Positions 1 to 11,047 of a DNA stretch of 64,000 nucleotides are shown piece by piece (within the stretch, counting starts at the first letter, position 1; each line of letters opens with the position of its first letter). The DNA comes from Azolla caroliniana. Lineage: Eukaryota > Plantae > Polypodiophyta. Position numbers and translations under genes: made by a program. Location: assembly GCA_043228905.1 (NCBI GenBank), contig JBHGNT010000008.1, positions 9,424,001 to 9,488,000 of the forward strand. Reading direction: 5' to 3'. The notes under the pieces were generated by a model. It was not told the origin of the DNA and searched no databases. It saw only the letters and a program-made list of their open reading frames with translations.

Positions 1-264
1 AGGAACTCAGACAAGCCTGACACATACTCGGCATTAGGATAGAGCGAAATCGGATAGCAAAAACCCTCCAACTACATTCACAAGGTGTTGAAGCACTTCA
101 ACATGAAGCCAACACCAACACTGCTTACGACATTGATTCGATTATCAGACAGAGACTCTCCTTCAACGGATAAGGAGAGACAGCAAAATGGAAAGATACC
201 CTACACATTGGCCATAGGAAGTATCATGTATGCGATGGTGGCGACTCGACCTAACCTTGCATAT
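1..264 (+). pseudogene. Copia reverse transcriptase C-terminal fragment (host element)
   Basis: ORF 85..312 contains the copia motif PY..AIGSIMYAMVATRP.LAY and is cut by the LTR at 265. Confidence 0.8.
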
Positions 265-805
265 TGTGCGGAAATAACGCTCGCCCACAACCGAGTCTTC
301 AACAAGGAATAGAAGAGAACAAACTAAAACAGAGATGACACATGATGCTAACGTGGAAAACCCTAAATGGGAAAAACCACGGGAGCCCACAGACTCCAAC
401 TATCACTATGGGAGGAGGAATACAATGTGAGACTCAGAGGCAACGACCTTGAGCTCTATGTCTTCGCCAAACTGGCGAATACAACAAAAAAATAGTTCTG
501 TATCTCTCTCTCTCTCTCTCACTCTCTGTATACTACAATATACAACAACACCATCATCACACACAAACTGATTTCCCTAAGCCAAATTTATACTTATATG
601 AGTTTTGAGCTATTTACAAATATAGCCTCAATGGGCTTATCCTAACATATTTACAAATATGTCCTTGGATCCATCCGGAATCACTGGTTCCGGTTTCCAG
701 ATCTTATCTGGAACCCTTATGAATCCGGCTTCTTCATCCGGATCGACCGATCCAGCTCCTTCGTTTCTCATCTGGATCCCATACAGAGGAACCGAATTCC
801 CAACA
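265..805 (-). repeat. 3' LTR of copia A
   Basis: TGTGCGGAAATAACG...CCCAACA; direct repeat of 4657-5186; adjacent PPT at 806-815. Confidence 0.92.
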
Positions 806-815
806 AACTCCCCCT

Positions 816-3800
816 TCACTCCGGCATAGGATTTCTCATTAATCTGATCCATCTTCTGCACGCGTCTAGCTTGTCGGTTCGAAGCACCTTGGTCAGCATA
901 TCCGATACGTTCTCCTTCGCGTTGATCTTTGTCAGCACGAAGTCTTGATGTTCTACCTTCTCTTAGAGCCAGTGATATCTCCTTTGGATGTGCTTGGTCC
1001 GGGAATGGTAGGTTGCAGTCTTCGCAAGGTGGATGGCACTTTGACTGTCGCAATAGAGCCAGAATTCCTCTTGTTGGATCCCTAGCTCTCCGATGAAGTC
1101 CTTCATCCAGATTATCTCCTTGCTGGCTTCCATAGCTACCATATACTCCGCTTCCGTTGTTGACAGTGCAACAAACTTTTGCAGCCTTGACTGCCATGAT
1201 ATGGCTCCCGCTGCATAAGTCATGACATATTTGGATGTTAATCGACTGGTATCTGCATCAGCCCACATATTTGAATCTGTGAATCCGTCAAGTTGGGGTT
1301 TGCCGAAGCCAAACTCGAGATGCCTTTCAGATACCGGAGTATCCACTTGACCGCGTTGTAGTGCTCTCTTCCCAGATTGCTCATGAACCGGCTAACTGCT
1401 CCGGCAACATATGCATTGTCCGACCGGGTGCACACCATTGCATACATTAAGCTTCTAATAGCAGAGGCATATGGTATCTTCGTCATATCCGACTTCTTGG
1501 CCTTTGTCTTCAGGCTCTGCTTTCCGGACAACTTGCAATTTTCCGGAAGTGTCAATTCGACCGGTTTCGCCTCTGACATGTTGAACCGCTGAAGCACCTT
1601 TGTCACGTACTTCTCCTGTGACAACCACAACAGCTTCTCCGACCGGTCTCGGATGATGTGCATCCCCAAAATCTGTCTTGCCGGACCCAAGTCTTTCATT
1701 GAGAAAGTTTGGTTTAGGGCCTTCTTCAGCATCCGTATCTTGACTTGGTCTCGTCCAACGATCAACATGTCGTCAACGTACAGGAGCAATATTAGGAAAT
1801 ATCCTCCGTCAAATTTCTTCACAAACACGCAGTGATCGGCTTGCATCTTGTGGTACCCTTGATCCGTCATGAAGGAGTCGAACTTCCGGTACCATTGCCG
1901 GGGGGCTTGCTTCAATCCGTATAAGCTCTTCTCTAGCCGGTATACCAAGTGCTCCTTCCCTTTCCTCTCAAATCCTTCCGGTTGATGCATGTAGATCTCT
2001 TCTTCGAGGTCACCATGTAGGAATGTCGTCTTGACATCCAGTTGCTCTACCTCGGGGTCCATGCTTGCCACCACACTCAATATCGTCCGGATGGATGTGA
2101 TCTTTACTACCGCGGCAAAGATCTCATTGAAATCCGCACCTTTCTTCTACTGGAAACCCTTCACCACGATCCGGGCCTTGTACCTTGGTGGATTTCTGGC
2201 GTCTCCCAGTTTTAGCTTGTACACTCACTTGTTCCGGAGTGCCCTCTTTCCTTTCAGCAGCTCCGTCAATTCATATGTGTGGTTCTCATCCGGGAATCCA
2301 TCTCATCCTGCATGGCACTTAACCACTTGCAGCTGTGGGTGTCTTTCTTTGCTTCTTCAAAGCTTTCCAGCTCCCCCTCGTCGGTCAGCAATACGTGCTC
2401 TGCATCCGGAAATCTCCCGGGGGCTCTTCTCTCCCTGAGAGGGTATCTCCATCTTTGGTCTTCAACCACCTGTTCCTCTGTTTGATCTTCATCCGAATCT
2501 AATTCGGGGTCTTATCTGGTTTTAGTGTCTCCTTCTTCTTCTTCTTCACTGGGTTCGGTTTCTTATCCGAATCCGGTTGGTTCATCGAGTGTTAGTCTGT
2601 TACTGGCGATCTTTCGGTTTTCAACCGGTAGGTCCTTGTGTCCTCAAACCGGTTTTCATTTGATGATCCAAAGTTCTTCAACTTCTTCTCCGACTGCCAG
2701 TCGGCAATGATCCTATCTTCCATGAAAACTATTTCCTGACTCTGGAACACCTTCTTGTCGACCAGATCCCATACTCGATATCTGAACTCATCCTCGCCGT
2801 ATCCAAGGAATATGCATGGTTGGGTCTTTGGATCCAACTTTTCTCTCTTGTCCTTTGCAACATGCAGATATGCGAGACAACCAAACACCTTTAGATGCTG
2901 GTAAGATACATCTTTATCGATCCATACTTTTTGCGGTGAGTCTCCTTCCAAGGGTGCTGAGGGTGATTTCTTTATCACATAGGTTGCTGTCATCAATGCA
3001 TCAGCCCAAAACTTCTTGGGTAACTTGGCATATGCTAGCATGCTTCAGACTCTCTCCATTATGGTCTGGTTCATCTGTTCAGCTAGCCCGTTCAATTCCG
3101 GCGTCTTCGGCACAGTAAATTCAAGCCGGATTCCCTTCGATCGGTAGTTCTCCTGGAACTGCCCCCGGTATTCTCCTCTGTTATCTACTCGAACCGCCTT
3201 CAGCTTCCGACCGGTTTCTCTTTCCACTCTGGTGTAGAGCTCCTTGACGATGGACAACACCTGATCCTTCGTCTTCAATGGTGAGACCCAGAGCTTCCAG
3301 TAGTGGTTGTCTATGAATGTCACGAAGTATTGCGATCCAGCATGTGATTTCGTGTCCACTTGACACACACCGGTATGCACAAGTTCCAGTGGTACATTCC
3401 ATCTCATCGGTGGTCTTGACCAGACGGAGGTTTGGTTTTGCTTGCTGGCCAAGTAATCAGTGCACTTCTCAAGTTGCACACCTTTCAACGGAATGAAATT
3501 GTCTTCGGCAAGTCTCTTCAACCCCTTCTAACTCATGTGACACAACCTCTTGTGCCATAGTTCACCAGCAGTGTCGGATGCTACGTTCACTTCTTCCCAG
3601 CATATCCGGGCTTGCATCAGATATATAGCGTGTTGATCTTCCGGGCTTGAGCTACAATTAGGCTTCCTTTGCTGAATTTCATGACTCCATTCCGGATGCG
3701 ACCCGTGAAGCCTTCATCATCTAGTCGACCGGTTGATATCAGGTTCAAACGAACCTCCAGAACATGTCAGACATCTTTCAGTAGCAATTTGCATCCGGTT

Positions 3801-4640
3801 GATGTCATCAACAACACATCTCCTATGCCGACAATTCGGCATGTACCTTCATTCCCCATCCGGACACAACCGTGATCTCTGGCTATGTAGGATGAGAAAC
3901 ATTTCCAGTCCGGTGTCAGGTGGAACGACGCTCCAAAATCGACAACCCACATTGTCTCCTCACCGACAAGGTTTAACTCATTCTCCTCGGTGATGAGCAA
4001 CAGTTCTTCTTCACTTGTCGCGATTGTCGATGTTCCCTTCCCATTCGAGCCTTTCCGATTTGAACCCTTCTTCGAATCGGCATTGTCGGTTCCCTTATAT
4101 TTCCGGAAATGCCAACAGTTCTCCTAGAAGTGCCCCGACTTCCCACAGTAGAAGAAAGTAGGCCTCCCCTTTGACTTCGACCTCATCCCCGATTTGTCCT
4201 GGTTTTGGGGACTCTGATACTGGCCTCTTCCCCGGTAATGGTCATCTTCCATGACCAAGGCCTTTGGATCGGTTCTGGACTCCCGGTCCTTTCGGCGAGC
4301 TTCTTCATCTAGCAGGCTTGATTTTACCCTTGCTAGGGACAAGTGCTTTCCTTTCGGCCTGGCGTTGCCCAAAGTGACAACTAGCGTCTCCCAACTATTT
4401 GAGAGGGAACCGAGTAGGAGCAATGGAAGTACCTCGTCGGCTAGAGGTACTTCGAGCAAAGTTGTTTGGTTTATGAGCCCCTGAAATGCATTCATGTGGT
4501 CCGCAATGCTGGATCCGTCCTGGTACCAGAGACTCACTTCCGGAATACCGAAACCCAATTTTTACGACGTTTTTCCCAGAGCAGATGAGCCTTACTTTGT
4601 TCATTGAAGTTGTTGTCATGTCGATGAAGCACCGTATGTA
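816..4640 (-). pseudogene. Copia A gag-pol, frameshifted, gag N-terminus deleted
   Basis: ORF pieces 4124-4558 (gag), 3767-4000 (PR, VVDFGASFH), 3045-3521 and 2592-3041 (INT), 1238-2080 (RT, LYVDDML), 963-1346 (RNase H). Confidence 0.9.
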
Positions 4641-4641
4641 T

Positions 4642-4653
4642 GCTTTGATACCA
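4642..4653 (-). promoter_or_regulatory. Primer binding site (tRNA-iMet) of copia A
   Basis: TGGTATCAAAGC, one mismatch to the canonical TGGTATCAGAGC, 3 nt from the 5' LTR. Confidence 0.85.
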
Positions 4654-4656
4654 GTT

Positions 4657-5186
4657 TGTGGGGAAATAACGCTCGGTCACAACCAAGTCTTCAACAAGGA
4701 ATAGAAGAGAACAAACTAAAACAGAGATGACACAGGATGTTAAACTGGAAAACCCTAAATGGGAAAAACCATGGGAGCCCACAGACTCCAACTATCACTA
4801 TGGGAGGGGGAATACAATGAGAGACTCAGAGGAAACGACCTCAAGCTCTATGTCTTCGCCAAACTGACGATTACAACAAAAAACTAGTTCTGTATCTCTC
4901 TCACACACTCTCTGTATACAACAATATACAACAACACCATCATCACACACAAAGTGATTGCCCTAAGTCATATTTATACTTATATGACTTTTGGGCTATT
5001 TACAAATATAGCCTCAGTGGGCCTCAGTGATTGCCCTAAGTCCTTGGAACTAGTTCGCACCAGATCCATCTGGAATCATTGGTTCCAGTTTCCGGATCTC
5101 ATCCAGAACTCTTCCGAATCCAGCTTCTTCATCCAACTCGTCCGGTTCTCATCCAGATCCCATACGGAGTGACCAAATTCCCAACA
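4657..5186 (-). repeat. 5' LTR of copia A
   Basis: TGTGGGGAAATAACG...CCCAACA followed by TSD CATAT. Confidence 0.92.
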
Positions 5187-5254
5187 CATATGACGTAGGG
5201 GTAGTCAGCCTATACATGTCAAACCGAGGACGGAAGCATTGGGAGGCCATCAAG

Positions 5255-5717
5255 TGTTATTGCTAGGGCCGAACAACAACCTAACACAGGGTGTCCACTT
5301 AAGACACGTCACCAAAGGGTGGTACGGTAGAATGACTTACGTCACAACGCTTAATTAGACCTTAATCGATTAATTAGCCATCTGTAATTAACACGCGTAA
5401 GATATGACAATAATTATAGAACGGTAATCAACACTTGAAGATTAAGACAATAAGCTTTATTAATTATCCGCTCTTGATTACATTGTAACCGGGCCTTTAT
5501 ATAGGTCTCCGGTGCGAAATACAAAACGGTGCCAAACAACACCTTTACGGAATCGTTCCAAATCCGGATCGGCATACCGATTCCAGTCCGTCCGTCCACA
5601 TCTTCTTATATAATAATATGTATATATTAAGACTACTAATTACAATAGTTCCCGAATAACTATTCCTTTCACACTCTGGTTTGGACCTCCTTAAGCCTTC
5701 TTTGTCGGCCGGTAACA
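5255..5717 (-). repeat. 3' LTR of gypsy H (463 bp)
   Basis: Shares both ends with 25885-26111; TATA-like CCTATATAAAGG on the minus strand near 5500. Confidence 0.92.
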
Positions 5718-5719
5718 CA

Positions 5720-5763
5720 TGGCACGCCCATGGGACAGTACCTTGTACGTCGAACCCACTATC
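5720..5763 (-). other. tRNA-Arg(UCU)-like 3' half (T-arm, acceptor strand, CCA) at the PPT position of gypsy H
   Basis: Minus strand reads GATAGTGGGTTCGA-cgtacaaggtact-GTCCCATGGGCGTGCCA-TG-[LTR]; resembles the plant tRNA-Arg(UCU) 3' end GATTGTGGGTTCGAGTCCCACTGGGCGTG-CCA (recalled from memory). Confidence 0.65.
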
Positions 5764-5852
5764 CGGCCCTTTTACGCTTCGTCCGAAATGTCCAGAATGC
5801 TTTGCTCCAAAATTTCCAATGGCTCGTCGGGAATCTGTTGTTGCTGATGTGG

Positions 5853-8532
5853 CTACTGTTGTTGTTTCGTTTGTGGTTGTGGCTCTGTTTGTCGCTCTAG
5901 CACTGGTGTTTCCGTCGTTGGTTCCTCCGTCGGAGTTGTCTGTGGCTGACTGACCCTGGCCTGTTCCCCCTCCGGTCTTTGCACCGGCGACGGTTCGTCA
6001 TCACTAAGGTTGACCGTTGCCGCCTTTCGTGCTTTTTCTTCTCGGAGCCGGGACCACTCATAGCTTTTGAACTGGATTTGAGCCTCCAGCCGATCATCGT
6101 CCAGTTGAGCTATGAGCTGCCGGACCTGCACCAATTGTTCATCTGCCAGGGCTGTGAAATCTTCCACCAGCTCGTCCCTGATGGTGGTGAAGTCCTCTGA
6201 GGTCAGCATATAGCAGTCGTCGCCCTCCTTTCGCCGGTTTTCAACGTCCGCCCTAAGCAATTGGAGTTCCGCGGTATTCTGCGCCCATTTTGCCCACCAA
6301 CGCACAAAGCTGTCATCAATCAAGCTTTTGGTTTTAGTGAGCCATGACCGGAGGATGCATTGGATCCGTTCGACTCCCATCTGTGATTTATTTTCTGCGG
6401 CTTGTCGCTCTTCCTTCAACTGCTTGATGATCCAAACCGTGTCCGCCTCCTGCTCCCTATAATGCGACAATTGAGTTTGATAGGTTGTTTGCAACCTCTG
6501 TAGTACCATTGTCACTCTTTCCTTGTCTTCATGGTTCTGTTTGTGGAGCTCCATCCGGTCATTCGCCACTTCCCAATAGCCTGGAACTTTCCGCTCGTTC
6601 TTCGGCGAGTGCCGTTGTGGCCTTATCAACCTCTTGCCGGAGCTCGGCCATCCGTTGCTGATGCTCCGTCTCCAACTGCTTGTAGTCCCGATGCAGATGA
6701 TCGAAATCATCGGTCTTTTGCTTCAGCCTTTGGTTTATCTAACGGCGCACGCGGTCCTCCCAGTCCTTCTGTTGCCAGAGCTCTTCCTTCAGCCGCTCGA
6801 TTTCCGTTTCCGCCATCCATCGCAGCTTGTCTTTTTCCTGCAACACTTTCTCTTTTTCCTCCTTCAGCCGGTTGTAAGCATTATGTCCTTTACGCAGGTT
6901 TTCCTCTGCACGGCAAAGGTTCTCAGCAGTCTTTCTTAATTCTTCTTCGGCCGCCTTCTTCAAGTCGCGTTCGCGGCTCCGTAATGATTCTTGTGCGGCT
7001 AGCTCATCTCGTAATTCCGCAAGCTCTTAGGCTTGCGTCACCTCTATCTCCGGGACAGTTTGTGTCTCCGGGGTCTTATTCTTCTGTACATCAACCAGAG
7101 TCACCGGTGCTTGGACCTGCATTGCGGTTAAGGCCATTTTGGCCATATCTCCTGTGATCTGATCCAAGTCTTGTTCTAGGCACCGGATCCTTGACCAGGC
7201 CGTCTCCAGTTCATCGGTTGTGACGAGCAACCGTTCCGTTTGCGCTCTTTCCTCCGCCTCTATGCATCCGACTACTCCGACAATTTGATCTCCTATCCAC
7301 CGGAGCCATTGGCTACCGGTGCACTGTTGTGGCGCTTGCACGGAAAGTTGGCTGATGGGTTCACTCGTCGGTGGTTGGTCCCGCCTTTCTGCGTCAAGCT
7401 GCGCTTCTGGTTCTGCTAGCTGACCACTTTGCCGTTCCGGCTCAACGTGTGTTTCGTCTAGTCGCCCCTTGTCTTCTTGTTCTTGGCTGGCTGGGGCGGT
7501 TGGCCTTTGTATCTCTGGCTCTTGGGTGACGGGGCTTGCCGGTGCTGCCTGTTGTGCTCGGACTTCTGTGACCGGTTCCATCCGAACCGGTTCCGGTGCC
7601 TCCCTTGGCGTGGGTTGCTCAGCGTGAGTTACGGGTGTTCCATCCTTCTATGGGTCCAAACGTTTCCCGGCTGATTCTGTGGTGCTCTTCACCGGCCGCC
7701 GCTGGAGGTGCTCCGTGGGTTCTTCCGCCATCTCTTCCGCCTGAGTCCCGGCATTCATTCTTGCCGCCAAGGTGTCCGTTTCCTGTTGCGCCAGTCGGTG
7801 GAGTGGGCTCTTCAAGGCCCGTGTCGGTGTCTCCTCGTGCGTGTCCGTTGGTCGCTTCCGGCTGGCGCGCTCCTTCGCCGCCTTCTCTGCTTCGACAGTC
7901 TTCCCCTTAGTGGCCTTGGAAGCCAACAGTTGTTGCCGTTTTGAAGCAGGTTTTGGGGTGCCGTCCGTTGCTCTCCCCCGCTTCTCGGTTTGGATGGGCT
8001 CGACCGGTGACACCAACAGGGTGAGCCATTGTGTCACCGCATGCCATATTTTCCGGCCTTCCTTGCCGTCCTTTCCCCTTACTATATCAATGGTCGTACA
8101 CAGCCCATCGGCGATCAGCACCGGCCAATCTACCTTGACCCCTTCGTACGTTGTGATGATCAATCCTGCTCGGTTCTGAGGCATGACGGGGGGTCGAGGG
8201 TACACGTGGCCGAACTCGTGGAGCACACGGGCAATTTCCCAGAATAGCATATCTTCGCCGCCCTGTGTCCTATAGCCCTTGCTGGCTAGAGAGTACTCAC
8301 CGAAATATTTGATGAGTTGCTCGGGGGTAGGATTGTCGATCGTGTAGATACTGCCCTTCGGAAGGCCTATTAACGCACGGATCGCATCCTCCGTGATCAC
8401 CTCCGTGTCGATTTCTTTTATAATCTTCTCGGGCTCCTTGTGTAGCACTGCCTCCATGATCGTTAAGAAACCCTCCAGACCGTGCTGCCGTAACCATTTC
8501 TTGGCGGCTTCAGACAGCATTTGGCAGTCCAT
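5853..8532 (-). pseudogene. Extra ORF of gypsy H (about 900 codons, frameshifted): N-terminal globular region, Q/E/P/T-rich linker, C-terminal coiled coil
   Basis: Colinear minus-strand ORFs 7648-8811 (Met at 8532, MDCQMLSEAA), 7027-7581, 6739-6963 and 5853-6710 lie between the pol stop (8967) and the 3' LTR. Confidence 0.7.
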
Positions 8533-8966
8533 CTCTGCGTCGAGGTCGGAGAGCGTTGGAGAGGTTTGATGGTGGGGAGAATGTGAGAGAGAAAGTTCTG
8601 AGGGAGGGGATTCTTTGTGTGCGAGCTCTCTACGATTTATCTTCACGCGTCGCTTTGCGTCTGTTCTCCTTGGTTCGCGATTGGAGAAGGTCTCAATGCG
8701 TGGGGGTTTTTCTCTCTGCATCTTGGCGCCTTTTTCGATCCTCCGCATGTGCGGGTCGTGTACTATAATAGCATTGTGTGCCATGTGGCGGTGGTTTAAT
8801 GTCCTATTCATATCTCCTCGTACCTTTTCGACGTGCCTCTTTACTCCTCGTGTGCATGGCCGTTTCCACCACTCCTTTCCATGATTTATTTGATTCGCCC
8901 CTTTATTCTCTTCTTCTTCTTTTATTTTATTTTATTTATTTTAATTTTTTAAACTTACTTGTGTGG

Positions 8967-9074
8967 TTAGTTGTTCTCCGGTCCTATCGGAACTTTGCCC
9001 GAAGCGTGCAACTCACCGGCCTCTTGTCGGTTTGCCGTTGTTCTGCTCTCCTCGGTTGACGGCTCATGCTCCTC
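8967..9074 (-). pseudogene. C-terminal tail of gypsy H integrase, separated by the copia B insertion
   Basis: ...YHQASKE (20161 side) continues as EHEPSTEESR...GPENN* after removing element B and one TCCTC. Confidence 0.7.
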
Positions 9075-9507
9075 TATAAACGTGAGTGTCTGCGGAAGTG
9101 TAAAACAGAGAACAACACAGAGAGAGAGAGAGAGAGAGAGAGGGACAGAGAGAGCACAACGTAATTTCAAAATTATATCAGGACTCAGTATACACATTGT
9201 GCTAAGTAGCACTATTTATACAAGTCCTCTTGGGACTGACAGAAGTACCATGTACTTCAATGCTCACACGAGCATCTGACACTTACTACTAGACTATAGC
9301 TACCTAGTAGTCTATCCTATACTAGGCTTCCGATTGGACTTCCGGTTACGGATTGCACCCGGCCTCCACCGCTTGCCGGTTCGGTTGCTCACCATCATAC
9401 CGATCCGTCTCGCCCGATCCGTCTTGCTTACCGGCTCCGGCTTATTCAGCCGATCCGGCTCCGGCTTATTCAGCCGATCCGGCTCCGGTTGAGCTTGCCG
9501 TTCAACA
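9075..9507 (-). repeat. 3' LTR of copia B
   Basis: Direct repeat of 19749-20155; contains (GA)n and two copies of a 24-bp unit; terminal CA mutated to TA. Confidence 0.92.
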
Positions 9508-9636
9508 CTCCCCCTCAAGCTCAACCTGAGGTGGGGTCGTAGTGTCGATCTCTGTGACAATCGGTTCTTCCAACCGACTTCTCCTGGCGTCACTCCACCT
9601 TGCTCGCGTTCCTCGTTTGGTCCGGTCCCTTTGGTT

Positions 9637-10354
9637 CTACGCGCCTCGACCCTCTCGGTCGGCATGTCTGCTCAATAGGCCCATCTCAGCACTTACGTTG
9701 TTGTGACTCTGGCGCTTGCCGATCCGTCGGTTCTCCCACGATGGCATCGACTTCCGCTGTGTCCGTGTCCCCTTGGCCTTCAGTCGATCCGACTCATCCG
9801 GATCCATCTGTTGGTCCGAGTCAGTTGTCTCCGACTCGTTCCAGCTCTTGTCCGAATCGGTACACTCCGATTCGACTTCCGGCTTAAGGCCTCTCACCAC
9901 ATCGGACCACATCTGAGTCTTGGCCTTCTCCATGCTTCCCTCGGCTTCTTCAGCCGGTGAACCGAAATCGAATTCTTCATTCGACTCCGCATCACCGTAG
10001 GTCAACTTCACCGCTCAGGACCCGCTCACGCACGAAGTGGTAGTGCACCTCGATGTGCTTTGTGCGAGCATGGAACAAAGGGTTCCTGGCGAGCTGCAGG
10101 CTGCTCATGTTATCGCAGTCAATCAGGATCGGGGTCGGTACCTCGATCCGCAAGTCTCGCAGCAGTCGTCGAAGCCAGATGGCTTCACAAGTGGCAACGG
10201 TAGCGGCCCGGTACTCAGCCTCAGTGCTTGACAACGCCACTGTGGGTTGCTTCTTGCTGCTCCACGCAACGGCCGCGCTACCTATGGAGAACATGTATCC
10301 GGAAGTGGAGCGTCGATCAGACGCATTGCCGGCCCAGTCAGCATCTGTGTAACC
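9637..10354 (-). pseudogene. Copia B RNase H and charged 3' extension
   Basis: GYTDADWAG...SSTEAEYRA...[14 protein letters not shown] in ORF 9992-10429; ORF 9637-10011 is homologous to 52180-52434. Confidence 0.85.
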
Positions 10355-11037
10355 TGTTGAACACCGCGCTCGGCCACAACCGAGAAATAGGATCAAATCA
10401 CAGAAAACAGGAAATACGAAATGCTCCAAAACAATAGAGAGAAGAGTACACAGTATGTTTTACGTGGAAAACCCTAAATGGGAAAAACCACGTGAGTCCT
10501 CAAACTCCAACTCACACTATACACAGAGATGTACAATGGTGAAGCTACAAGGCAACAACCTTGAGCTCACTGTCTTCGCCACAGGTGGCGGCAATACACA
10601 GAGGCGTCGACCTCTTCCTTTCTCTCTCTCTCTCTCGGCTGCTCTCACTCCGCTCTCTCGGCTAGAACATAAAATGAGCAACAACAAGAAACTGTTTGCC
10701 CTAAGTCATATTTATACACATATGACTTTCGGGCTATTTACAAATATAGCCTCAAGGGCTCTTGGCAAACATATTCACAAATATGTCCCCGCATCCGGAT
10801 CTCTCTCCGGGTACACTCATCATCCGGCTCCGTAGCCGGGGTCTTCATCATCCGGCTCCGTAGCCGGGTCTTCGTCATCCGGCTCCGTAACCGGGTCTTC
10901 GTCATCCGGCTCCGTAACCGGGGTCTCTTCATCCGGCTTCATGCCGGGTACTCTTCATCATCCGGTTCCGTAATCGGAACCGGGCTTGCCGTCATTCATC
11001 TCCGGACATCCCATCCGGAGGGACCGAAATCCCAACA
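10355..11037 (-). repeat. 3' LTR of copia C
   Basis: TGTTGAACACC...CCCAACA; about 27-bp CATCCGGCTCCGTA tandem units at 10820-10975. Confidence 0.97.
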
Positions 11038-11047
11038 AACTCCCCCT

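Larger units (their letters stand above)
265..5186 (-). mobile_element. Ty1/copia LTR retrotransposon A (Tnt1/Tork-like), full length but degenerate
   Basis: TG...CA LTRs at 265-805 and 4657-5186; 5-bp TSD CATAT (260-264 / 5187-5191); PBS TGGTATCAAAGC; PPT AGGGGGAGTT; gag-PR-INT-RT-RH fragments on the minus strand. Confidence 0.95.

Noticed and set aside
5720-5736. Reading TGGCACGCCCATGGGAC as the ordinary PBS of a plus-strand element
   Set aside because: gag-pol, the extra ORF, the TATA box and a separate PBS all orient element H on the minus strand; kept as an anomaly in findings.
10455-10835. 126-aa ORF present identically at 10455-10835 and 15253-15633
   Set aside because: It is antisense within the two LTRs of copia C; identity reflects LTR duplication, and there is no protein-like signal.
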